Positions 28,133 to 38,112 of a stretch of DNA of 64,000 nt are shown here, piece after piece. Source of the stretch: Candidatus Nomurabacteria bacterium GW2011_GWD2_36_14 (GTDB lineage: Bacteria; Patescibacteriota; Minisyncoccia; Phycocordibacterales; UBA9973). Below the pieces are notes generated by a model. That model saw only the letters and a list, made by a program, of their open reading frames with translations, was not told the origin of the DNA and made no database searches. The first letter of the stretch is position 1. Each line of letters opens with the position of its first letter. Where the stretch lies: assembly GCA_000991405.1 (NCBI GenBank), contig LBRL01000001.1, positions 625,841 to 689,840 on the forward strand, written 5' to 3'. A program made the translations under genes and the position numbers.

Positions 28133-29047
28133 ATGAATTTCGAATTAAAAAATACAAATTTAGGATTAAAAAATAATGTAGAAAAACATAAGGATTTTTC
28201 AGTGACACAAGAGCTCTTTTTAAATAAAGAGCTAGAAAAAATGAATAATGATGCTCTTTTAGAAGAAGACTTTCGGGGTAAAATTGACGACGCCATTATA
28301 GATAAATGCTTGTTAGAGGTTGAAAAATATAAAAAAATTTTTATACAAAATAATAAAATACAAGAATTAAAAGATAAAGTAGAAGGTAGAGATGATAGAT
28401 CTCCTGAACACAATAAAGTATCAGGATACTTAGAAGCACTGTTCTATAATAAATTAGGGGGAGAAAAAGGTTGGATTCCCGGAGCCGTAGTCTGGAAATC
28501 AGCCCTGTCTGATGATATTAGGGGTATTGATTTTATTGTTGAAAATAAAAAAAGAGAATTTTCTTTAAATATAGATGTAACTTTTTCGCATAACAAGGGA
28601 CTAATAGATAAATTAAATAATCTTAAATATAAAATTGAAAGAGGAGAAATTACTCAGCCAATTTTCTATGAATCTGAAAACGAAGATGAGAGTGAAAAAA
28701 TTATTCCACAAGTTATTATTGCTGTTGAAAGAGAAAAAATTATTAAAGCTCTTAAGCTATGGGCTGATGGCCAAGGGGATCTCTTAAATGAACACCCAAT
28801 TATGATAAAAACAATGTTGGAGATTGAGGCTCAACTCGAAGCTTTTGCCTTTTTTGCAAAAGCAAATAATAAAAGAATTATAGCGGCATCCTGTAATGAC
28901 ATGTTGGCACAGATTCAAAGATTAATCATTAGTCATAACGATATTAAGGAAAAATATAGGGATATTATTGAGGAAGATGAAGCTTATAAAACAATAATGT
29001 CTTTTTGTTATTCTTTAAAAATAGAAGCCGATAAAATGATTAAATAA
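28133..29047 (+). CDS. Hypothetical protein (possible PD-(D/E)XK-like fold)
   Basis: DDIRGIDFIV...IDVT acidic motif; otherwise unassigned. Confidence 0.55.
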   Translation: MNFELKNTNLGLKNNVEKHKDFSVTQELFLNKELEKMNNDALLEEDFRGKIDDAIIDKCLLEVEKYKKIFIQNNKIQELKDKVEGRDDRSPEHNKVSGYLEALFYNKLGGEKGWIPGAVVWKSALSDDIRGIDFIVENKKREFSLNIDVTFSHNKGLIDKLNNLKYKIERGEITQPIFYESENEDESEKIIPQVIIAVEREKIIKALKLWADGQGDLLNEHPIMIKTMLEIEAQLEAFAFFAKANNKRIIAASCNDMLAQIQRLIISHNDIKEKYRDIIEEDEAYKTIMSFCYSLKIEADKMIK

Positions 29048-29134
29048 AGGTCTTTAAACATTTTTTAAGCATAAAAATCGAAATTTTGCGAGTATATCCA
29101 CCCGCTTTTAATCTATGTGATATAATCACAAGAT

Positions 29135-29374
29135 ATGAAAATAGAAGTAATTGGTTCAGGGTGTAAGAAATGTAAGTCGCTATTTGAACTTACAGAAGTT
29201 GTATCTAGGGAATTAGGCATAAATGATACGGTTTTATATAGTACAGATGTAAACAAAATTGTAGCCATGGGGCTTATGAGTAGCCCGGTCTTAACTGTGA
29301 ACGACAAGCCTGTTCTAGTCGGTATATTGCCCGACAAAGAAAGATTAAAGGAAATTATTTCTAAAAATATTTAA
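29135..29374 (+). CDS. Small redox-active disulfide protein (thioredoxin-like)
   Basis: IEVIGSGCKKC, GLMSSPVLTVN. Confidence 0.88.
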   Translation: MKIEVIGSGCKKCKSLFELTEVVSRELGINDTVLYSTDVNKIVAMGLMSSPVLTVNDKPVLVGILPDKERLKEIISKNI

Positions 29375-29375
29375 T

Positions 29376-30338
29376 ATGTTTTATCCCATACAATTATTAG
29401 CTGATTGGTTAACTTATACAGTCTTTGGAATTATCCCAAATACCTTACTAGCTTCGGCAGTAAACTTTTTCATATTTGATACTATTAAAATCTTTATTCT
29501 CCTTGCTGTTATTGTCTTTGTTGTTTCTATCATTCGTTCATATCTACCACCAGAGAAAATACGAGTAATACTTTCACGAAAGAATAAATATGTAGGAAAT
29601 GTCCTAGCCTCACTACTAGGAATTATTACTCCGTTTTGTTCTTGCTCAGCTATTCCGCTCTTCCTTGGTTTTGTCCAAGCGGGGATACCACTTGGAACTA
29701 CATTTTCCTTCCTAATCGCTTCACCAATGATTAACGAAGTAGCCCTTGTATTACTCTTGGGATTATTTGGGTGGAAGATAGCTCTTATATATATAGTTAG
29801 CGGACTTATAATTGCTATTTTTTCAGGAATAATAATAGAACACTTGAAAGTAGAAAATCTTGTTGAATCATCTGTTTATGAAAATTCTGTAAATGGAGAC
29901 AATTTTGATCTGCCTAGTTTATCTCATAAAGAAAGAATTAATTATGCACTAGATTACACAAAAGATATTCTTAAAAAAGTCTGGCCATATATATTGATAG
30001 GAATAGGTCTTGGAGCTTGGATACATGGTTATTTGCCTGCGGACTTCTTGGCAGAATATGCTGGGTCTGGTAAATGGTATGCAGTACCGCTTGCTGTATT
30101 AATAGGTATTCCTCTATATTCAAACGCCGCTGGAGTCATACCCCTTGTATCTGCATTAACAGAGAAAGGTGTATCTATGGGGACTACGCTCGCATTTATG
30201 ATGTCTGTCACAGCATTGTCTCTTCCAGAATTTATGATTCTTAAAAAAGTTATGAAAATAAAACTTATTTTTATTTTTGCAGGAATTGTAAGTGTAGGGA
30301 TAGTATTTACAGGGTATTTATTTAATATTATTTTGTAA
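29376..30338 (+). CDS. ArsP/DUF318 family permease
   Basis: TPFCSCSAIP, FLIASPMINEV, ALSLPE. Confidence 0.9.
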   Translation: MFYPIQLLADWLTYTVFGIIPNTLLASAVNFFIFDTIKIFILLAVIVFVVSIIRSYLPPEKIRVILSRKNKYVGNVLASLLGIITPFCSCSAIPLFLGFVQAGIPLGTTFSFLIASPMINEVALVLLLGLFGWKIALIYIVSGLIIAIFSGIIIEHLKVENLVESSVYENSVNGDNFDLPSLSHKERINYALDYTKDILKKVWPYILIGIGLGAWIHGYLPADFLAEYAGSGKWYAVPLAVLIGIPLYSNAAGVIPLVSALTEKGVSMGTTLAFMMSVTALSLPEFMILKKVMKIKLIFIFAGIVSVGIVFTGYLFNIIL

Positions 30339-30357
30339 TAATTTTACTTTTCAATAA

Positions 30358-31155
30358 ATGCAAGATTATAAAATCGAAACAATTTATGGATCTGATAATA
30401 GTGAAGCCTCCTTCTGTAGAGAGAGAGGTGGAATGGTAACTTTACTTAAGCTACAAGGGAAAGAAGTTTTGTATTTTGATAAAGCAACATTTTTAAATAA
30501 AAACGAAAGTGTACGAGGAGGAATACCTATCCTTTTCCCTAATGCAGGTGAATTGGATAAAAATGACACTTTCCCTAATTTAAAAAGACATGGCTTCGCC
30601 AGAGAGATGGATTGGAAGAGGGAAGAATCCGAAGTAGGATTTAAAGAAAGCTTAGATTCATCTATAGAGATGAAAGAAGTTTTCCCTTTTGATTTCAAAC
30701 TTACGGTATTGGGCAAATTTGAAAATGATGGTTCCTTCACTTTGAGCCAAGAAGTAGAGAATATGGAAAAAGAAAAAGAGATGCCCATAGCCATGGGACT
30801 ACATCCATACTTTAAAGTTCCCAATACAGAAAAAGGATATATTAAATTTAATTGTGATAAAGGGAGGGAAGTAGAAGACAATATAGAGATATGGTCAAAT
30901 GGAGGGACAGTCTACATGGACAATCCGAATATTAACGATGAATATAATCTAATAAAGGTAGAAATACCTTCACTTGGAACTCTGGTTATAAACTCATCGA
31001 TTGAATACGAAAAAGTTTGGGTTTGGTCTATGGCTGGCAAGGACTTTGTATGTATTGAGCCTATGATGAGGGGAGTGAATGGGCTGATAGACGAGCCCCT
31101 ACTTATAAAGCCGGGGAGTAGATTTAAAGTTAGTGTTAATTTTAAGCTTATTTAG
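30358..31155 (+). CDS. Aldose 1-epimerase family protein
   Basis: RGGIPILFP, HGFAR, GLHPYF, FVCIEP. Confidence 0.9.
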   Translation: MQDYKIETIYGSDNSEASFCRERGGMVTLLKLQGKEVLYFDKATFLNKNESVRGGIPILFPNAGELDKNDTFPNLKRHGFAREMDWKREESEVGFKESLDSSIEMKEVFPFDFKLTVLGKFENDGSFTLSQEVENMEKEKEMPIAMGLHPYFKVPNTEKGYIKFNCDKGREVEDNIEIWSNGGTVYMDNPNINDEYNLIKVEIPSLGTLVINSSIEYEKVWVWSMAGKDFVCIEPMMRGVNGLIDEPLLIKPGSRFKVSVNFKLI

Positions 31156-31177
31156 GTGTATGATATAGTATATAAAT

Positions 31178-31678
31178 ATGACCAAGACAGTTAAAAAAAG
31201 TTTAAAGAAAAATAAAAAAGCAAAAAAGATTGTGATGGTAAGTGGGGGGTTTGATCCTATACACATAGGACATGTTCGTTATATACAGGAAGCGAGAAAG
31301 CTTGGAGACTATCTGATCGTTGTTTTAAATAATGACAACTGGCTTAGATTTAAAAAAGGGAAAGAATTTATGGGAGAATTGGAAAGGAAAGAAATTCTTG
31401 AAGCAATCACCGGTGTTGATAAGGTTGTCATATCTGGTCATACAAAAAATACAAAAGATATAAGTGTGTGTGAAGAAATACGAAAGATTAAGCCACATAT
31501 TTTTGCCAATGGTGGAGATCGAAAGCCCGACTGGTATCCAATACCTGAGGTAGCCCTATGTGAAGAATTTGGAATTAAAATGATTTACAATGTAGGGCGT
31601 GGAGGAAAAGTCAGGAGCTCTTCTGAATTAGTTAAAAAGTACTCCAAGCATTTAGAAAAATATGCTAAAAAAAATTAA
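31178..31678 (+). CDS. Cytidylyl/adenylyltransferase family protein (TagD/RfaE-II like)
   Basis: SGGFDPIHIGH, ANGGDR, KVRSSS. Confidence 0.9.
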   Translation: MTKTVKKSLKKNKKAKKIVMVSGGFDPIHIGHVRYIQEARKLGDYLIVVLNNDNWLRFKKGKEFMGELERKEILEAITGVDKVVISGHTKNTKDISVCEEIRKIKPHIFANGGDRKPDWYPIPEVALCEEFGIKMIYNVGRGGKVRSSSELVKKYSKHLEKYAKKN

Positions 31679-32330
31679 AATTCCAAAGCAGATAGCCATC
31701 TTGCTTGCACTAGCTATCGCTTTAAATATTGTCAGGATTTTCTTGTTCCATACAACTTCGTCATTGTATATGTTTTGGAATATATTACTGGCCTTTGTAC
31801 CGTTCTTTATAAGTTCCGTTCTACTTTTGTATACCAGTAACGGCTCGGAAGGGCAAAAAGGGAAGGACAAAATTACACAGCCATTCTTTATTGTTGGCTT
31901 CATTCTCTGGTTCTTATTCTTGCCGAATGCTCCTTATGTGATGACGGACTTTATTCACTTGGGAAGGATGCACGTTGTGCCTGTTATGTACGACATATTC
32001 TTCTTCTTTAGCTCGGCTTATGTATCGCTACTACTAGGGCTATACTCAATACAGCATATAGAAAAGATACTTCTCTTGAGGTTTACAAAAAGGGTTGTAA
32101 GTATTGCAATACCTGTCATCATACTCTTTGCCAGCTTTGGTATATATTTGGGGCGATTCTTGCGATTCAATAGTTGGGACTTGTTCACAAGTCACGTCCC
32201 TCTACTTAAGGCTATCTGGGATGTATTTACAAAAAGTAATGATTATATCAATGTTTATTCTTATACCATACTCTTTTTCTTCTTTATTTATATATCTTAT
32301 ATTTCTTTCAAAAGTACAAATGCAAAATAA
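31662..32330 (+). CDS. DUF1361 family membrane protein
   Basis: WNILLAFVP, FLPNAPYVMTDFIHL, GIYLGRFLRFNSWD. Confidence 0.88.
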   Translation: MLKKIKIPKQIAILLALAIALNIVRIFLFHTTSSLYMFWNILLAFVPFFISSVLLLYTSNGSEGQKGKDKITQPFFIVGFILWFLFLPNAPYVMTDFIHLGRMHVVPVMYDIFFFFSSAYVSLLLGLYSIQHIEKILLLRFTKRVVSIAIPVIILFASFGIYLGRFLRFNSWDLFTSHVPLLKAIWDVFTKSNDYINVYSYTILFFFFIYISYISFKSTNAK

Positions 32331-32391
32331 TCTAGAAATTAGTTCATAAGTATGTAAACAAAAGAACTATCATGTGGTACAATGTTCCCAT

Positions 32392-32742
32392 ATGATTAAG
32401 TCTAATATCTTTCAAATAGAACGACCATGGGGCAACTTCCGACAATTTACAAAAAACGAGAATACAACAATAAAAATTGTTACCGTTAAACCGAATGAAA
32501 TACTTAGCTTGCAAAGTCATACTCATCGTGCAGAATTCTGGCATGTGATAACTGGTAGTGGAACAGTGGAGATAGGTGAAGTGAAGACAGAAACTACTGT
32601 AGGAGACGAACATGAAATTGCCATAGGACAAAAGCATCGACTCGGCGCAGGGCCCAATGGTATACAAGTCTTAGAGATTGCGATAGGCGACTTTGACGAA
32701 GAAGATATTGTTCATTATGAGGATAAGTATGGAAGGGTTTAA
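32392..32742 (+). CDS. Type II mannose-6-phosphate isomerase cupin domain
   Basis: RPWG, LSLQSHTHRAEFW, HRL, EEDIVHYEDKYGR. Confidence 0.9.
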   Translation: MIKSNIFQIERPWGNFRQFTKNENTTIKIVTVKPNEILSLQSHTHRAEFWHVITGSGTVEIGEVKTETTVGDEHEIAIGQKHRLGAGPNGIQVLEIAIGDFDEEDIVHYEDKYGRV

Positions 32743-32747
32743 TATAT

Positions 32748-34184
32748 ATGGCTCAAGAAAAAGAAAAAAAGAATAACTCATTTGGGTCAATATTTAAAAG
32801 AGCTTTTTCTATAGGGGGCCATAAAGATGGGGGAGATACAGCGAAAGATAAACCCACAAAAAAGATTATCCAAGATGTGAGACAAGATCATATGAAAAAG
32901 GTTTTAGTTCGCAAAACTACCAAGAAGATCAAGCACGTCATTTCGTCAAAGAAACTTACTGCAACGAAAAAGAAAAAGACGACTCCTGTAAAAGCCTCCT
33001 CCGCTAAAGCTACGGCGAGCCGAAGTAAAAAAGTTTTAAAGAAAACTAAGAAGATAGTAAAAAAGTCAAAAGTTTTATTAAAGAAGAAGGGTGTTATAAA
33101 AAAAAGAGATACTGGATTTAAACTGGTCAAATCTCCTAAAAATCCAATCCTAGAGCCACGGGCTTATTCATGGGAATCACAAGCATCCTTCAATCCAGCG
33201 GCTATATCACTTGGAGGGAAGATTCATCTTTTCTATAGAGCTCTTGGTGAAGATGGAGTATCTAGGATAGGATATGCCTCAAGTTATGATGGCGTAAACT
33301 TTAACGAAAGACTTTCTTACCCAGTTTATTCTTTAAAAGATACAGAAGTTACAAAGGATCACCATTCCTTCACTTCCCCTGTAATACCTAGCTATAATAG
33401 AAATCTTTATGCGTCAGGAGGTGGCTGGGGCGGATGTGAAGACCCCAGAGCAGTACTTATAGATGGAATTATATATATAACATTTAACATTTTTAATGTG
33501 TTAAATGGATGGAAGTGGGATTCAATGAGTGTGGCAGTGGTTTCGATTACAGAAGAAAACTTATTAAAGAAAAAATGGATTTGGGATAACTTCTCATATC
33601 TTTCCCATCCGGGGGATAGACAGAAGAACTGGGTTCTATTCCCAGAGAAAATAAACGGCAAATTTGCTATCTTTTGTAATCTAGATAAGGGGGATCCTAA
33701 CAGAGTTTTTATTACCTATGTAAATAAGCTAGATACATCTGAAACTCCAACAGTAAAAGATGCTCCTGATCCTCAAGTATTGCCGGATCATATAGTAGCT
33801 TGGCATAAGCGTACTCGTAGTGCGGCTTGCCCTCCAATAAAGACAAAAGATGGTTGGCTACTTCTTTATCATGCAATGGACAAAGATAATGATAATAAGT
33901 ATAAGCTTGGTGCAATGCTTCTGGATTTGAAAGACCCAAGTAAAGTTCTCTATAGAGCAAAGCATCCAATACTTGAACCAGAGGAATGGTATGAAAATGA
34001 TTGGAAGCCGGGAATTATTTACGCAAATGGTGCAGTTGTCAAAGATGGGAAACTTTTTGTTTATTATGGGGGAGGAGATAAATATATTGGAGTTGCATCT
34101 GTCAAACTTTCGGACTTACTGGATAGTATTAAGGGACACGGTGAAGTAAAATTACAAAAAAACAAGCAAATAAATATTAAATAA
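32748..34184 (+). CDS. GH130 glycoside phosphorylase/hydrolase with Lys-rich N-terminal extension
   Basis: NPILEP, FNPAA, GCEDPR, KNWVLFPEKINGK, YYGGGD. Confidence 0.88.
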   Translation: MAQEKEKKNNSFGSIFKRAFSIGGHKDGGDTAKDKPTKKIIQDVRQDHMKKVLVRKTTKKIKHVISSKKLTATKKKKTTPVKASSAKATASRSKKVLKKTKKIVKKSKVLLKKKGVIKKRDTGFKLVKSPKNPILEPRAYSWESQASFNPAAISLGGKIHLFYRALGEDGVSRIGYASSYDGVNFNERLSYPVYSLKDTEVTKDHHSFTSPVIPSYNRNLYASGGGWGGCEDPRAVLIDGIIYITFNIFNVLNGWKWDSMSVAVVSITEENLLKKKWIWDNFSYLSHPGDRQKNWVLFPEKINGKFAIFCNLDKGDPNRVFITYVNKLDTSETPTVKDAPDPQVLPDHIVAWHKRTRSAACPPIKTKDGWLLLYHAMDKDNDNKYKLGAMLLDLKDPSKVLYRAKHPILEPEEWYENDWKPGIIYANGAVVKDGKLFVYYGGGDKYIGVASVKLSDLLDSIKGHGEVKLQKNKQINIK

Positions 34185-34186
34185 AT

Positions 34187-36118
34187 ATGTACGTAGTCAA
34201 AAGATCAGAAGAGAATCCAATAATAACACCTAACAGAGATCATTATTGGGAAGAGTTTGCTACTTTCAATATGAGTCCAGTTCGACATGGTAAGAATATC
34301 TACGGTCTTTATCGTGCTATTTCTGCCGTGGACAACATAAAGCCTCAGAAGCAGACTTCAATAATAGGAATAGGGAAGAGTAAAGACGGAGTTCACTTTG
34401 AAGATAGAGAGCCATTTATAAAGCCAGAAGAAAAATGGGAGAAATATGGATGTGAGGACCCAAGGGTGACCTTCTTTGAAGGGAAGTATTATATATTCTA
34501 TACGGCACTTTCAAGCTTTCCCTTTACCGCTGAGAGTATAAAGGTGGCAGTTGCCATATCAAAAGATTTGAAGAAGGTAGAAAGTCGCCATCTAGTGACT
34601 CCCTTCAATGCCAAGGCTATGACGCTCTTTCCTGAGAGGATAGATGGCAAGATAGTGGTCATATTCTCCTTTCATACTGATCAGCCTCCAGCAAAAGTTT
34701 GCATGGCCAAGCTCGACAACATAGAGCAACTTTGGGATAAAACTTTTTGGGGAAAATGGATTGAAGAAATTGATACTCATACAGTAGACTTTCGTCGTAA
34801 TAATTATGATCACTTGGAGATAGGAGCGACACCAATCAAAACTAAAAAGGGTTGGCTTCTAATATACTCTCATATTCAGAATTATTTCCCTGACCCAGAG
34901 AGGCTTGATAGAATCTTTGGGATAGAAGCACTACTTCTCGACCTGAAAGATCCGACAAAGATAGTTGGAAGAACAGGAGGTCCTATACTTGTACCAGAAG
35001 AGAATTATGAAATGGCGGGATATATAGACAACGTCATCTTCCCTACGGGGGCACTTGTAGATGAAGATAAACTCTCGATATACTACGGAGCTGCTGACAC
35101 AACTGTATGTATGGCGCATGTGTCGCTTCATGATCTCCTAAAGACAATGGATCCAAATAAAGATAATGACTGGAATTTCAAACGTTATCCATTGAATCCA
35201 ATAATAATTCCTAAAGCGGAGAATAAGTGGGAGGCAAAAGCTACATTTAATCCAGCAGCTATATACCTAGAAGGCAAGACACACATCCTTTATAGAACTC
35301 TATCCGAAGACAATACTTCTTTCATAGGATATGCTTCCAGTAAAGATGGCTTCCATATAGACGAAAGATTAGAAATGCCGGTCTATCTACCTAGAGAAGA
35401 CTTTGAGATGAAGAAGGTTCCAAATGGAAACTCTGGATGTGAAGATCCACGCCTTACCAAAATAGGCAAGAATATATATCTTTGTTATACGGCTTATGAT
35501 AGTGTAAATCCACCCAAGGTTGCAGTCTCTTCTATAAGTGAGAAGGACTTCCTTGCTCATAAGTGGAATTGGAGTAAACCATTCCTAATAACTCCACCAG
35601 GGCTCGATGACAAGGATACTTGTATCTTCCCTGAGAAATTTAAAGAAGGTTACTTTATCTTGCATCGTATGAACAATGAAATGTGTGGAGACTATCTGAC
35701 CCTGCTTGACTTCAATGCGGGACAAGTGAACAAATGTATCCGAGTGATAGGTCCTAGGAGAAACAATTGGGATAGTGCCAAAGTAGGTATCACTGCTCCA
35801 CCGATAAAGACCAAGCATGGATGGCTACTTCTCTATCACGGCGTATCGAAGAGTCACTTTACTTATAGAGTCGGGGCTCTACTCCTTGATCTAAAAGATC
35901 CAGCAATAGTTCTGGCTAGAACTTCAGACCCGATCTTTGCTCCGGAAGAAGATTATGAAAAGTTTGGTGTAGTGAATGGAGTTGTATTCCCTTGTGGAAT
36001 GACACTCCGAGGGAAAGAACTATTCATATACTATGGAGGAGGGGACAAGGTAGTAGGAGTAGCAACTATAAAGCTTTCGAATATTCTAGATACTCTTGTG
36101 AGAGGGGCAAAATTATAG
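34187..36118 (+). CDS. Tandem two-domain GH130 protein
   Basis: Two copies of GCEDPR and YYG(AA/GG)D motifs. Confidence 0.88.
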   Translation: MYVVKRSEENPIITPNRDHYWEEFATFNMSPVRHGKNIYGLYRAISAVDNIKPQKQTSIIGIGKSKDGVHFEDREPFIKPEEKWEKYGCEDPRVTFFEGKYYIFYTALSSFPFTAESIKVAVAISKDLKKVESRHLVTPFNAKAMTLFPERIDGKIVVIFSFHTDQPPAKVCMAKLDNIEQLWDKTFWGKWIEEIDTHTVDFRRNNYDHLEIGATPIKTKKGWLLIYSHIQNYFPDPERLDRIFGIEALLLDLKDPTKIVGRTGGPILVPEENYEMAGYIDNVIFPTGALVDEDKLSIYYGAADTTVCMAHVSLHDLLKTMDPNKDNDWNFKRYPLNPIIIPKAENKWEAKATFNPAAIYLEGKTHILYRTLSEDNTSFIGYASSKDGFHIDERLEMPVYLPREDFEMKKVPNGNSGCEDPRLTKIGKNIYLCYTAYDSVNPPKVAVSSISEKDFLAHKWNWSKPFLITPPGLDDKDTCIFPEKFKEGYFILHRMNNEMCGDYLTLLDFNAGQVNKCIRVIGPRRNNWDSAKVGITAPPIKTKHGWLLLYHGVSKSHFTYRVGALLLDLKDPAIVLARTSDPIFAPEEDYEKFGVVNGVVFPCGMTLRGKELFIYYGGGDKVVGVATIKLSNILDTLVRGAKL

Positions 36119-36198
36119 GAATTTAGGGATTTTGAATTTTAGTGTTTTTATGGCATTATGATAATAAGGGCTGAAAAGCCTTTTGTTTCGTGGTTTAT

Positions 36199-37980
36199 AT
36201 GGATAAAGAAAAAGATTATAATAATTTACACATAGCATTAGTCCTGAAATATTTCTGGAGGGTTGTTCGACGATTTAAAAAATCGTTCTTTTCTGCTGTT
36301 ATTGGAACATTTATTGCTACCGCTCTTGATCTATATATACCTTTTCAGTTTCTTAAACTCTGGAATATTTTAAGCACAAATAATTTTGTTGTTTCAAATC
36401 AAGCGTATCATATAGTAGCTACTATACTTATTTTAGGTATCATTCGTGTATTTATTGCTAGGGGTGTCAACTTCTTATCTGCTTATCTTGAGGCGAATGT
36501 AATAGCAGGACTACGAGAACAGGCCTTCTCTTATCTGATGGGACATTCCCATTCTTTCTTCTCAGATAATTTTGGTGGATCTCTTACTCAAAAAATAAAC
36601 AAACACGCAAAAGCATTTGAGAGATTAATGGATATGATGATTGATAATGGTCTCCCTCTTTTACTAAGAACAGTAGGAACGGTTTTTGCTATTTATACAC
36701 TTGCTCCTAAATATTCATTTATATTACTGACCTTCTCTGTTGTTTTTATTTTGACTGCATTAATTTACGTTCGACTTAAACTTAAATACGACATAATATC
36801 AGCACAAGCAGATACCAAGACTACAGGAGCACTAGCAGACTCAATAGGTAATTATTCGTCAGTTCAACTTTTTGCAGGTCGTGAGTATGAGGACAAAAGA
36901 GTTGGAGAAGTAATACAAAAACAGAAGAGGGCTACAGTAACAAACTGGTATTTGTGGAGTGGTTTATTTTTTATGCAGAGCCTTTATACAACAATCATTG
37001 AGTTCGTTATTTTCTGGATAGCTATAGGTGATTGGAAATTAGGTATTATAGGAGTTCCAGTCATTATTTTAATACAAACTTATCTGTCACGCCTCACTAG
37101 TTATCTCTGGACATTCCACTCTATAGTTCGTACATTTTATGATGGGTTTGCTGATGCACAAGAGATGGCACTGGTCATGGAGAAGCCTTATGATATAAAA
37201 GATGAAGTGACAAATGAATTAAAAAATGTAAAAGGCGAAGTGGTGTTTGACAACGTCACTTATATTTACGACAAGAATAATACAAAAGTGTTTGATAACT
37301 TCTCTCTTACCATACCTGCAGGGCAAAAGCTTGCGATAGTTGGGACTTCGGGGGCAGGGAAGTCGACTTTCGTAAATCTTCTTATGAGGTTGTTCAACTT
37401 AACTTCAGGGAAGATATTGATAGATGGGGTAGATATCAGTACTATCTCTCAGAAGAATCTGCGAGAAGAGATAGGCTTCGTGCCTCAAGATCCAGCCCTA
37501 TTCCACCGAACACTTCTAGAAAATATTCGCTATGGAAGACGTGACGCGACAGATGAAGAAGTCAAAGAAGCAAGTCGTTTGGCTAACTGTGATAAATTTA
37601 TAGACAGATTGCCACTTGGTTATGAAACTTATGTAGGAGAGAGAGGTATAAAGCTCTCAGGTGGGGAGCGTCAACGTGTGGCTATTGCCAGAGCAATACT
37701 TAAGGATGCACCTATACTAGTACTAGATGAAGCGACTTCGGCTCTCGATTCAGAATCCGAGATGCTTATCCAAGAAGCTTTGCAAAACTTGATAAAGAAC
37801 AAGACGACGATAGTTATAGCTCACAGACTCTCGACTGTTCGTGCGATGGATAGAATAATTGTGATAGAAGACGGAAAGATAGTAGAAGACGACAATCACG
37901 ATGAACTCTTGAATAATAAAGATGGTATATATAAAAAGCTCTGGGATATACAGTCTGGGGGGTTTGATACTATTGAATAA
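36199..37980 (+). CDS. ABC exporter, fused permease/ATPase
   Basis: GTSGAGKST, LSGGERQR, LVLDEATSALD; N-terminal TM domain. Confidence 0.95.
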   Translation: MDKEKDYNNLHIALVLKYFWRVVRRFKKSFFSAVIGTFIATALDLYIPFQFLKLWNILSTNNFVVSNQAYHIVATILILGIIRVFIARGVNFLSAYLEANVIAGLREQAFSYLMGHSHSFFSDNFGGSLTQKINKHAKAFERLMDMMIDNGLPLLLRTVGTVFAIYTLAPKYSFILLTFSVVFILTALIYVRLKLKYDIISAQADTKTTGALADSIGNYSSVQLFAGREYEDKRVGEVIQKQKRATVTNWYLWSGLFFMQSLYTTIIEFVIFWIAIGDWKLGIIGVPVIILIQTYLSRLTSYLWTFHSIVRTFYDGFADAQEMALVMEKPYDIKDEVTNELKNVKGEVVFDNVTYIYDKNNTKVFDNFSLTIPAGQKLAIVGTSGAGKSTFVNLLMRLFNLTSGKILIDGVDISTISQKNLREEIGFVPQDPALFHRTLLENIRYGRRDATDEEVKEASRLANCDKFIDRLPLGYETYVGERGIKLSGGERQRVAIARAILKDAPILVLDEATSALDSESEMLIQEALQNLIKNKTTIVIAHRLSTVRAMDRIIVIEDGKIVEDDNHDELLNNKDGIYKKLWDIQSGGFDTIE

Positions 37981-38014
37981 AGTTTATTGGTTTTGAATTA
38001 ACTCCATAAAAAAA

Positions 38015-38104
38015 TTCTCGGACTCACCACACAATAAAATTCTGCTGAATTTTTTGCTCGCACTCGGTCCGTCGACCTGCGTGAGGGTTCGCTCGAGAAC
38101 ATTT
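38015..38104. repeat. Structured intergenic repeat family A, copy 2
   Basis: Homologous to 9964-10050. Confidence 0.85.
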
Positions 38105-38112
38105 TTACTCCG

